Shown: in pieces, positions 9,746 through 18,486 of the stretch
Layout: the number at the start of each line of letters is the position of its first letter
How positions within the stretch are numbered: the stretch's first letter is position 1
DNA from: Planctomycetota bacterium
GTDB lineage: Bacteria; Planctomycetota; PLA2; JAEUHO01
NCBI GenBank assembly: GCA_965223505.1
Contig: CBDCWP010000044.1
Span: forward strand, 32,001 to 96,000
Reading direction: 5' to 3'
DNA length: 64,000 nucleotides
Made by a program: the position numbers and the translations under genes
The notes under the pieces: generated by a model
Database searches by the model: none
What the model saw: the letters and a program-made list of their open reading frames with translations, nothing else
Told to the model about the DNA's origin: nothing

Positions 9746-10750
9746 ATGCGAGCGATCGCTCTTCTCGCGCTGACGCTCAGCGCGTGCAGCGCCGGCGACG
9801 TCGCCGGCAACATCGTGGGTGGCGGTGTCGGTGGCCGGTGGGGCGACGTCGCGCGCGCGGCCGTCGGCGGCGCCGTCGACAGCGTGCAGCAACTCAACAC
9901 CAAGTACTCCCCTGAGCAGGAGTACTACCTCGGCCGTGCCGTCGCCGCGGCGGCGGTGGCCCGCTACGGCCTCGACCCGAACGAGCTGTACCAGCAGTAC
10001 GTGCGCAACGTCGGCGCCACGCTCGTCGCGACTTCGGAGCGCCTGAAGGGAACGTACGGCGGCTACCACTTCGCCGTGCTCGACACCGACGAGGCCAACG
10101 GCATCAGCGGACCGGGCGGATACGTCTTCGTCACCCGCGGCGCGTTCGAGCGCTGCCAGAGCGAGGACGAGCTGGCCGGCATCCTGGCGCACGAGCTCGC
10201 GCACGTGAGCCTGCAGCACGGCGAGGCCGTGATTCGCTCCGGCCGCACGCACCAGGCCGCCATGGCGACGCTGTTCCGCGTCGCGAGCGCGGCGGGCGGC
10301 GCGGACCAGTCCGCGCTGACCGGCGGCATGGCCAAGTACATGGGCGAGGTCGCGGGCGACCTGGTTCGTACGTTGGCGGAAGACGGCTACGGCCACGATC
10401 TCGAGTACGAGGCGGACTACGAGGGCACGCTGATCCTCTACGACGTCGGCTACGACGCGTCGTCCGTCCAGGACTACCTGAAGGCGACGCCGAAGCGCAA
10501 GCAGGGCACCTGGTCCACGCACCCGCCGGCGGCGGCGCGCATCGCGCGGTTGCAGGAGACCGTCGACACGTACGGCGGCCCCTTCGACGGCGGTGTCGGC
10601 AAGGCGGCGCGCACGGCGCGCTTCCGGAACATCCTCGCAGGCATCGTCACGGACACCGACGCGGGCGAGACGGCGCCGCCGACCGAAGAGGGGGAGGCCG
10701 GCATGCCGCCGCTTCCGCCGCCGCCGATTCCCTTGTCGCCGGACAACTAG
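9746..10750 (+). CDS. M48 family metallopeptidase, lipoprotein
   Basis: Lipobox LSAC; PGGYVFVTRG; EDELAGILAHELAH; EYEAD; STHPP. Confidence 0.9.
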   Translation: MRAIALLALTLSACSAGDVAGNIVGGGVGGRWGDVARAAVGGAVDSVQQLNTKYSPEQEYYLGRAVAAAAVARYGLDPNELYQQYVRNVGATLVATSERLKGTYGGYHFAVLDTDEANGISGPGGYVFVTRGAFERCQSEDELAGILAHELAHVSLQHGEAVIRSGRTHQAAMATLFRVASAAGGADQSALTGGMAKYMGEVAGDLVRTLAEDGYGHDLEYEADYEGTLILYDVGYDASSVQDYLKATPKRKQGTWSTHPPAAARIARLQETVDTYGGPFDGGVGKAARTARFRNILAGIVTDTDAGETAPPTEEGEAGMPPLPPPPIPLSPDN

Positions 10751-10753
10751 CGT

Positions 10754-11542
10754 TCAGCTCGTCGTCACGCCCTCGGTGCCGACGTCCAACACCTCGTCTT
10801 GTTCGAGGATGCGGATGCGGTCGTCGCCGAACGTCTTCAGCGTCTCGATGATGCTCTCGCCGTAGCCCGGCTTGCGGTGCATCACGTAGACCGGAACGTC
10901 GACGGTCAGCTTCTCGAGGTCCGCACGCAGGAGCGAGGGCGTCATGTGCTTGCTCGCGAGCGCCAGCTCCGTCAGCTTGTCGGTGAAGCTGCACTCGACG
11001 AGGATGCCCTTCAGGTCCGGCTCCTCGTTCGCGAACGCCCAGATGGCGTCCGTCGTGCAGGTGTCCCCGCAGACGATCAACGACGCGCCGTCCGCGCGAA
11101 CGCGGTATCCCTGGCACGGGACCGTGTGGTTGAGCGGAATCGACTGGATGTCGTACCGGTCGAGCACGCGGGCGCTGTCGCCCGCTTCCACGTCGTGGAA
11201 GTCCACGAGATTGCGACCCTCGATCTTCGACGACGTGAAGTCCGGCCAGATGCGGTCGTTGAACAGATGGTCACGGATGGTGACCATCGTGTAGTTGTCG
11301 GCGTAGACGTGGCAGGTGGGCACGGCCGCGCCGAAGCGATTGGCCAGGAAGAGCGGGAAGCTCCAGACGTGGTCGAGATGTCCGTGCGTGAACGCGACGG
11401 CCTCGACGGCGCGCTGGCCGTCTACCGAGAGACCCGTCGTGAGCGCGCCCGCGTCGATGGCGAAGACGCCGTCGAAGAGATAGCAGGACAGGCGCCGATC
11501 CGGCGCGCTCCCGCCCGCACAACCAAGAACTCGAAGCCGCAT
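10754..11542 (-). CDS. MBL-fold 3',5'-cyclic nucleotide phosphodiesterase (class II-like)
   Basis: MRLRVLGCAGG, IDAG, THGHLDH, HLFNDRIWPDF, NHTVP, GDT, ECSF, HMTP, HRKP. Confidence 0.88.
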   Translation of the reverse strand: MRLRVLGCAGGSAPDRRLSCYLFDGVFAIDAGALTTGLSVDGQRAVEAVAFTHGHLDHVWSFPLFLANRFGAAVPTCHVYADNYTMVTIRDHLFNDRIWPDFTSSKIEGRNLVDFHDVEAGDSARVLDRYDIQSIPLNHTVPCQGYRVRADGASLIVCGDTCTTDAIWAFANEEPDLKGILVECSFTDKLTELALASKHMTPSLLRADLEKLTVDVPVYVMHRKPGYGESIIETLKTFGDDRIRILEQDEVLDVGTEGVTTS

Positions 11543-11739
11543 CGGCGCAGAGCCTACCCGACGCGGCGTGTTCCAACAGGCGATTTGTGCCGGGCACGCA
11601 CCGTTCCGGTTGACCCGTTTGTCCTCTGATCGGTAGGATGGAAATGGGAGCGAGGCCGCAACCGAGCGGGTCGCTCCGCTTTCATGTCCGACGGGCGCCG
11701 CAGAACGCACCGGGCGCCCATCAGCGGGAGGGAACGGCG

Positions 11740-13839
11740 GTGTCGAATCCGATTCTCACGGTCTTCAAGATCGCCACGTTCGCGATCCTCGCATTCCTGG
11801 TCTGGATCACGTTCTGGCAGGGATTGCGTACGGAAGAGAACATCAAGGATCTCAAGCAGCGGGTCGCGCAGCTTCGGGAGAAGCACGACGGGGTCCAAGA
11901 CGCCGAGCGCAAGTACACCGACTCCGTCAACCAGTTGTCGGGCGAGGTGCGCGCGCTCAAGGACCTCATCGCGAGCGGCGCGGTCGGCGTGCGTCACGAG
12001 CCGCCGTCCAACGGAGGTAGCGCCCCGCCGTCGAATGGCGGCAGTGCCGCGTCGTCGCCGACGAAGCATGCGGACGGGGGACCGCCGGCCTACTTCAGCG
12101 ATCGCGCCAAGGCGCTGTGGGGCCGCTTCCCCAACTACCTCGAGCCCGATCCCAAGGACATCCAGTATCCGGATTGGAAGACGACGCCGAACCTCGATTC
12201 GAACGGCCGCATGAACTGCTGGTACGGCTCCACGCCGCCGGACATCAATCCCGTCACCGGCTCCAGCGGTCGGCTGGACAGCTACATCGAGGAGCCGTGC
12301 CTGCGCCGCCTGGCCGAGAAACACGTCGAGTTTCCGTCGAAGTTCAAGCCGGAGCTCGCCATTCGCGCCGAGCACACCCCGGACTATCTCGAGTGGGTGA
12401 TCTGGATGCGCAACGACGCGTACTGGCACACCCCGCAGCTCGACCTCGACGAGTACCCGCACTTGAAGGGGCGCCGCAAGGTCACGGCGCACGACGCCAA
12501 GCTGTTCCTCGACATGGTGCTGCACCCCAAGGTGAACTCGTCCCACAAGCGCAGCTACTACACGGGCTGTCTGGGGGCGGAGGTCGTCGACGACTTCTGC
12601 CTGATCATTCGTTGGTCCAAGCCGCAGTACCAGGGGATCGAGTACAGCCTGAACATCCGCCCGATTCCGAAGCACATTCTGGCGTTCGACGAGTCCGGCA
12701 ATCCGTACGACGAAGGTCAGCTGCCGCTCGCGATGAACGACCACTGGTTCTACCGCGCGCAGCAATACGTCGGCTGCGGCCCCTACTACGTGGCCAGCAT
12801 GGACCTGAAGGACCACATCCTCTTCCGCCGGTTCGACGACTACTTCGGCGAGAAGCCGCCGATTCGCGAGGTCTACCGCAAGATCTTCACGGAGCGCGCG
12901 ATCGACATCGTGAAGCTCGAGAAGGGCGAGCACGACTACGCAGGGGTCACGCCGGACATCTGGCACCAGAAGGTCAACGAGGGGGCGCCCGACTCGCCGT
13001 TCGTCGACGGGCGCATCCAGGCTCACTGGGGTTGGACGAACCAATACGGCTACATCGGCTGGAAGTGCACGCACCCGCTGTTCAACGACGTGCGCGTCCG
13101 CCGCGCGATGACCATGGCGTGCGACCGGTTTCGCATGAACGACACCCTGAACCTCGGCCGCGGCGTCGTCGTCACGGGGCCGCAGCACGTCAACTCGATG
13201 ATGTATCCGCCGGATCTGAAACCCCTGCCCTTCGACCTCGAAAGGGCCGCGCAGCTGCTCGCGGAAGCGGGATGGCGCGATAGCAACGACGACGGCGTGC
13301 TGGACAAGGTGATCGACGGGAACCGCCGCGACTTCGACTTCACCGCCACCATCCCGATCAATCAGCGGATCCTCGCGATGTTCGAGATCTTCAAGGAGGA
13401 TCTGATCAAGATCGGCGTGAAGCTCGACATCAAGACGATGGAGTGGAAGCAGTTCAAGCAGGAGGTGCTCGACTCGCGCAAGTTCGAGTGCACCTCGCTG
13501 CTGTGGGGGGGCGACGGCTGGGAGTCCGACCTGTCCCAGATCTTCCACGGGCGTCTGGTGAAGGAGGTTCCGTCGCACAACTTCGTCGAGTTCAGCGATC
13601 CGGTGGCCGACAAGCTCATGGACGACCTGCGGCTCGAGTTCGATCCGGACAAGCGCGTGAAGATGCAACGCGAGCTGCACACGCGCATCGCGGAGCTGCA
13701 GCCGTACACGTTCCTGTCGACGATCCAGATGCCGGCGATGTACTGGCAGGACCGGCTCGGCAACTGGGACGAGTGTAGCCGCTACCTGTCGAAGCCGTTC
13801 CGCAGGCTCTACCCGTTGGTGCGGTACCTCGCGAAGTGA
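11740..13839 (+). CDS. Peptide ABC transporter substrate-binding protein (family 5), N-terminal TM and coiled coil
   Basis: GTG start after GGGAGG; VTAHD, GCGPY, PLFNDVRVRRAM, FDLERAAQLLAEAGW..DGVLDK. Confidence 0.88.
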   Translation: MSNPILTVFKIATFAILAFLVWITFWQGLRTEENIKDLKQRVAQLREKHDGVQDAERKYTDSVNQLSGEVRALKDLIASGAVGVRHEPPSNGGSAPPSNGGSAASSPTKHADGGPPAYFSDRAKALWGRFPNYLEPDPKDIQYPDWKTTPNLDSNGRMNCWYGSTPPDINPVTGSSGRLDSYIEEPCLRRLAEKHVEFPSKFKPELAIRAEHTPDYLEWVIWMRNDAYWHTPQLDLDEYPHLKGRRKVTAHDAKLFLDMVLHPKVNSSHKRSYYTGCLGAEVVDDFCLIIRWSKPQYQGIEYSLNIRPIPKHILAFDESGNPYDEGQLPLAMNDHWFYRAQQYVGCGPYYVASMDLKDHILFRRFDDYFGEKPPIREVYRKIFTERAIDIVKLEKGEHDYAGVTPDIWHQKVNEGAPDSPFVDGRIQAHWGWTNQYGYIGWKCTHPLFNDVRVRRAMTMACDRFRMNDTLNLGRGVVVTGPQHVNSMMYPPDLKPLPFDLERAAQLLAEAGWRDSNDDGVLDKVIDGNRRDFDFTATIPINQRILAMFEIFKEDLIKIGVKLDIKTMEWKQFKQEVLDSRKFECTSLLWGGDGWESDLSQIFHGRLVKEVPSHNFVEFSDPVADKLMDDLRLEFDPDKRVKMQRELHTRIAELQPYTFLSTIQMPAMYWQDRLGNWDECSRYLSKPFRRLYPLVRYLAK

Positions 13840-15305
13840 TCGACTACCTGATCAAGCGCATCTTGATCATGATCCCCACGTATCTGGGGGTCACGCTCAT
13901 GATCTGGCTCGTGATGACGCTCGCGCCGGGCGAGCCCGAGAGCACCTCGGATGCCGGCATGGGCTCGGCGGGCGGTCTCGGCAGCTTGAGCTCCCAGGAA
14001 TCGCAAGGCGAGAACGTGCGCATCTTCCGGCGCCAGTTCAACCTCGACCGTCCGCGCTTCATCAACACCTGGACCGGATTGGAGCCCGACGAGGTGCGGG
14101 AGGCGCTGGAGATCGTTCACGCCGGTGTCTCGGAGTCGAACCCGCCGGAGCGCGTCAAGAAAGCCAAGCGCAGGCTCGACGACTGGTCGCACTACGCCGT
14201 GCCGTCGCTGGTGACGCTGCTCGAGCGATTCGCCGACGACCCGCCGCTCCAGTTCCGGACGCTCGTCACGTTGCGCAACGCGGCGTATCAGTATCGCGCC
14301 GTCTATGCGGCAGGACACAAGCCGACCGCCGAGGAGAACGCGCGCGCCGACGAGATCGACGCCGAGAACAAGCTGCTCGAGTCCGACGCGCTCCGCTGGA
14401 TGCCGGACGCGGACGCGGAGACGCGGGCCGCGGGCGTTGCAGCGTGGCAACGGTGGTACGAGGAACGCAAGCACCGCTGGGACTACGACACGTGGGAGTC
14501 GATCAAGATCGGCCTCACCGACACGCAGTTCGGCAAGTACTGGGGCAACCTCTTCAAAGGTGATCTCGGTCTGAGCTCGACGACGAAAGAGCCGGTCCTG
14601 GGCATGATCACGAGCCGCCTCAAGTACTCGCTCTCGTTGGCGGTCCCGGCCTTCGTGATCGCCTGGGTGCTGGCGGTCTTTCTCGGCGTCTTCAGCGCGA
14701 CGCATCATCGCAGCGCGACCGATCAGACGATCGGCGTCGGGCTGTTCATGCTCTACAGCATTCCGACGTTCGTGGCCGCACTCGTGCTACGCCGCGTCTT
14801 CTCCGTCGAGCTGGACTGGTTCCCGACCGAGGGCTTCGAGAGCCCGAATGCGATCGAGCGATTCAACACCTGGGAGCACTTCAAGGACGTGCTCTACTCG
14901 ATCGCGCTCCCGCTCATCACGTACGTCTACGGCGGTCTCGCGTACATCTCCCGTCAAGCCCGCTCCGGCATGCTCGAGGTGCTCAAGTCGGACTTCGTCC
15001 GTACGGCGCGAGCCAAGGGGCTGCCCGAACGCACCGTGATCTGGAAGCACGGCGTGCGCAACGGGATGATGCCCATCGTCACGCTCCTGGGGACGGCCCT
15101 GCCGGTGTTGATCGCCGGCAGCGTCTTCATCGAGACGGTTTTCAACATCGACGGCTTCGGCAATCTGATGGTCACGTCGATTCGCGGCAAGGACTACAAC
15201 GTGGTCATGGGCATTCAGCTCATCGTCGCCGCCCTGACGCTGATCGGCTTGCTGCTCACCGACCTCATCTACGCCGCCATGGATCCGAGGATCTCCCTCA
15301 AGTGA
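13836..15305 (+). CDS. OppB/DppB-like permease with large extracytoplasmic insertion
   Basis: YLIKRIL; GDLGLS; RSGMLEVLKSDFVRTARAKGL..KHGVRN; DLIYAAMDPRI. Confidence 0.92.
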   Translation: MIDYLIKRILIMIPTYLGVTLMIWLVMTLAPGEPESTSDAGMGSAGGLGSLSSQESQGENVRIFRRQFNLDRPRFINTWTGLEPDEVREALEIVHAGVSESNPPERVKKAKRRLDDWSHYAVPSLVTLLERFADDPPLQFRTLVTLRNAAYQYRAVYAAGHKPTAEENARADEIDAENKLLESDALRWMPDADAETRAAGVAAWQRWYEERKHRWDYDTWESIKIGLTDTQFGKYWGNLFKGDLGLSSTTKEPVLGMITSRLKYSLSLAVPAFVIAWVLAVFLGVFSATHHRSATDQTIGVGLFMLYSIPTFVAALVLRRVFSVELDWFPTEGFESPNAIERFNTWEHFKDVLYSIALPLITYVYGGLAYISRQARSGMLEVLKSDFVRTARAKGLPERTVIWKHGVRNGMMPIVTLLGTALPVLIAGSVFIETVFNIDGFGNLMVTSIRGKDYNVVMGIQLIVAALTLIGLLLTDLIYAAMDPRISLK

Positions 15306-16795
15306 CCGAACCGAACGACAAGCGCGAGTTCGACGACCTCGTCGCCCACCTCGAGGGGGCCGCTGACGGCGATGCGGACACCGCCGCGCCGATCGACCTG
15401 CAGCCGCGTCAGACCCAGATGGACATCGTCAGGCGGCAGTTCCGCAAGAACCGCGCGGCGGTGTGGGGCATGCGCGTCACGATGACGCTCATCATCGTGG
15501 CGACGTTCGCGCCGGCGATCGCTTCGAGCCAGCCGTTCGTTTGGAAGAACGCGGCGAACGAGACCGAGTTTCCGTGGTTCACGAAGCTCTTCGACGTCAT
15601 CACGTGGCCGTACGTGCTCGACCGGGTCTTCAACCTGCTCATGCTGGTCTCGGTTCTCTACGGGATCTGCATGGCCTGCGTATGGCTCGTCGGGGTGGTG
15701 ACGAAGGCCGGCAAGGGACATACGGCAGGGGCCCGGCGCGTCCTACGACGCGGCGCGCTCGGGCTGTTCGTCGTCGGGATCATCCTCCTGATGACGGGGG
15801 TGCTGCGCACGAGCGAGAAGAAGATCGACTACCTCGAGAAGCGCAAGGCATGGCGCGAGGCCGAGCACAAGACGCGCACGCTCCCCGTTGCGATCGCGAA
15901 TACGCAAGCCGAGATCGACAAGGCGCTTGCGGCCGGCAAGAAGACGACCGACCTCGAGCTCGGGTTGGCCTACGACAGGTCGCAGCTGAAGACGTGGCAG
16001 GAAATCCTGCCGGAGGTGCGCAAGGCGTACGAAGACGAGTGGGCGATCTTCCCGCCCGTTCCGTACGGGTACGACGACAGCATTCCGCAGGACCAGCACC
16101 TGCCGATGGGGTCGTTCGACCACGGCGAGACGCACGTGTTGGGCACCGAACGCATCGGCCGCGACATCTTCTCCCGCATTCTGTACGGAACGCGGATCTC
16201 GCTCACGATCGGCATCTTCGCCGTGAGCATCTACATCACGATCGGCACGATCCTCGGGGCGCTCGCCGGCTACTTCGGCGGTCGCACGGACCTGGTGATC
16301 ATGCGCATCGTCGAGACCGTCATCTGCATCCCGGGCCTGTTCTTGATGCTCACGATCGTGGCGTTCTTCGAAAAGCGGTCGATCTGGCTGATCATGTTCG
16401 CGATCGGCGTCGTTGCGTGGACCGGCATCACTCGACTCGTGCGCGGCGAATTCATGCGCGAGCGCAACAAGGAGTACGTCGACGCGGCGCGCTCGATGGG
16501 GTACTCGACGCCGCGGATCATCTTCCGGCACGTGCTGCCGAACGCGCTGGGCCCCGTGCTCGTCGCGGCCGCGTTCGGCATCCCGGGAGCGATTCTCGCC
16601 GAGTCCGGGCTCTCGTTCCTCGGCCTGGGCGACCCGAGCGTGCCGTCCTGGGGGCGCCTGCTCTTCGACGCGCGCACGCAGGAGTACTGGGCGCTCATCG
16701 TGCCGCCGGCCGTCGCGATCTTCGTGACGGTCACCGCCCTCAATCTGGTCGGCGACGGCCTGCGCGACGCCCTGGACCCGAAGCTGCGCAACTAG
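15302..16795 (+). CDS. OppC/DppC-like permease with insertion
   Basis: QFRKNRAA; HVLGTERIGRDIFSRILYGTRISL; EYVDAARSMG; HVLPN; GDGLRDALDPK. Confidence 0.92.
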   Translation: MTEPNDKREFDDLVAHLEGAADGDADTAAPIDLQPRQTQMDIVRRQFRKNRAAVWGMRVTMTLIIVATFAPAIASSQPFVWKNAANETEFPWFTKLFDVITWPYVLDRVFNLLMLVSVLYGICMACVWLVGVVTKAGKGHTAGARRVLRRGALGLFVVGIILLMTGVLRTSEKKIDYLEKRKAWREAEHKTRTLPVAIANTQAEIDKALAAGKKTTDLELGLAYDRSQLKTWQEILPEVRKAYEDEWAIFPPVPYGYDDSIPQDQHLPMGSFDHGETHVLGTERIGRDIFSRILYGTRISLTIGIFAVSIYITIGTILGALAGYFGGRTDLVIMRIVETVICIPGLFLMLTIVAFFEKRSIWLIMFAIGVVAWTGITRLVRGEFMRERNKEYVDAARSMGYSTPRIIFRHVLPNALGPVLVAAAFGIPGAILAESGLSFLGLGDPSVPSWGRLLFDARTQEYWALIVPPAVAIFVTVTALNLVGDGLRDALDPKLRN

Positions 16796-16832
16796 TTCCC
16801 GTTGCAGGCCGATCTCCTGGGGGGGAGGCGCG

Positions 16833-18437
16833 GTGAGTCAGGACGAGGCCCCTACGACGGAACCCGAGGCGCGCGAACAGGTCGCGAAGCCCGCGGGGCT
16901 CGTGTCGCTCGCGACGATGTGCAGTCGCGTCACGGGGCTTCTGCGCGAGGCCGTGTTCGCCGCGTTGTTCGCGACCGGACCGCTCGCCGACGCGTTCAAC
17001 TTCGCGTTCCGCATCCCCAATCTCCTGCGCGACTTCTTCGCGGAGGGAGCGCTGTCGTCCGCCTTCGTCCCGACCTTCGCGGAGGTCAAGGCGAAGGAGG
17101 GCGAGGCGCGCGCCTTCGAGCTGGCGCGGCGCGTCTTCGGGACGCTCGGGACGGTCGCAGCGGTCATCGTGTTGCTCGGCATCCTCTTCGCACCCGCGAT
17201 CGTGTCCGTCGTCGCGGTGGATGCGCCGGCCGAGACGCGCGCGGTCACCGAGAAGCTCACGCGCATCATGTTCCCGTTCCTCGCGGTGATCGCCGTCGCC
17301 GCCGTCGCGATGGGGATCCTGAACACCTACCGCCGCTACTTCGTTCCCGCGTTGGCGCCGATGTTCTTCAACCTCGTCTCGGTCACCGGCGGCGTGGTGA
17401 TGCTCCTGGCCGGGCTCGGGGTCGACGTCGCCATCATGGTGTGGGCGGTGCTGGTCGTCGCCGGCGGGTTGATGCAGTTCCTCGTACAGGTTCCGCTGCT
17501 GCGGTCGATCGGGCTGCGCGGCGGCCCGCTCGTCGATCTGCGGTTCCGCGATCCGGCGCTGCGGCGCATCGTGCGCAAGATGGGACCGGTCGTCATCTCG
17601 CTCGCCGGCACCAACATCATGTTGGTCATCACGACGGCGCTGGCGTCGCGCGGCGAGGGCTGGGCCTCGACGCTCAACTACGCGTTCCGCCTCATTCACC
17701 TGCCCATCGGCATCGTCGGGGTGGCGGTCGGCACGATCGTGCTGACGGCCGGCGCTCGGCGCCGCGCGGCCGACGATCACGCCGGCGTGAACGACGTGGC
17801 GCGCAAGGGGCTGCGGCTCAACTGGTTCCTGGCGCTCCCGTCGGCGGTCGGGTTGTTCGTTCTCGCCGAGCCCCTGGTGCAGTTGATCTACGAGCGCGGA
17901 CGCTTCGGGGGCGCCGAGACCGAGAACGTCGCGGAGGCGCTGCGCTGGTACGCGTCGGGTGTCGTTTTCTACGCGGGGATCAAGGCGGCGGCGCCGCTGT
18001 TCATCGCTCACGGCGACACGCGCACGCCGATGTACTGCTCGTTGCTCGGCATCGGCGTGAACCTGATCGTCGCGCTCACGGCGATCGACGCGCTCGGCTT
18101 CCGCGCGCTGGCGCTCGCGGTGGCGGCCGGCACGGCCGCGAACTACCTCGCGGTGCGGTTCCTCGGCGTGCGCCGATTCGGGCCCGCGTCCGGACCGGGC
18201 TACGGCTTCCTCCTGAGGGTGGGGGTGGCCTCGGCCGTCATGGGGGGCGCCGGTTGGCTCCTGCAGGCGCACCTGCTGTCCGGTGACGAAGCGGTGGCGT
18301 CCGGATGGGCGTTGGGGGCGCTCACGCTGCTGGGCGTCGTGGTGCTGTCCGTGCTCTATTTCCTTGTGTGCGGGGCACTTAGGGTCGAAGAGGGGGCTTG
18401 GGTGCGGTCGTTCCTGCGGCGGCGGGGCAGGCCGTAG
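16833..18437 (+). CDS. murJ: Lipid II flippase MurJ
   Basis: SRVTGLLRE..DAFNFAFRIPNLLRDFFAEGALSSAFVPTF; about 14 hydrophobic segments. Confidence 0.95.
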   Translation: MSQDEAPTTEPEAREQVAKPAGLVSLATMCSRVTGLLREAVFAALFATGPLADAFNFAFRIPNLLRDFFAEGALSSAFVPTFAEVKAKEGEARAFELARRVFGTLGTVAAVIVLLGILFAPAIVSVVAVDAPAETRAVTEKLTRIMFPFLAVIAVAAVAMGILNTYRRYFVPALAPMFFNLVSVTGGVVMLLAGLGVDVAIMVWAVLVVAGGLMQFLVQVPLLRSIGLRGGPLVDLRFRDPALRRIVRKMGPVVISLAGTNIMLVITTALASRGEGWASTLNYAFRLIHLPIGIVGVAVGTIVLTAGARRRAADDHAGVNDVARKGLRLNWFLALPSAVGLFVLAEPLVQLIYERGRFGGAETENVAEALRWYASGVVFYAGIKAAAPLFIAHGDTRTPMYCSLLGIGVNLIVALTAIDALGFRALALAVAAGTAANYLAVRFLGVRRFGPASGPGYGFLLRVGVASAVMGGAGWLLQAHLLSGDEAVASGWALGALTLLGVVVLSVLYFLVCGALRVEEGAWVRSFLRRRGRP

Positions 18438-18486
18438 ATGGTCTGTGAACGGCTATCCTGACCCGTTCGGGGCGCCTGGGAGGGAC

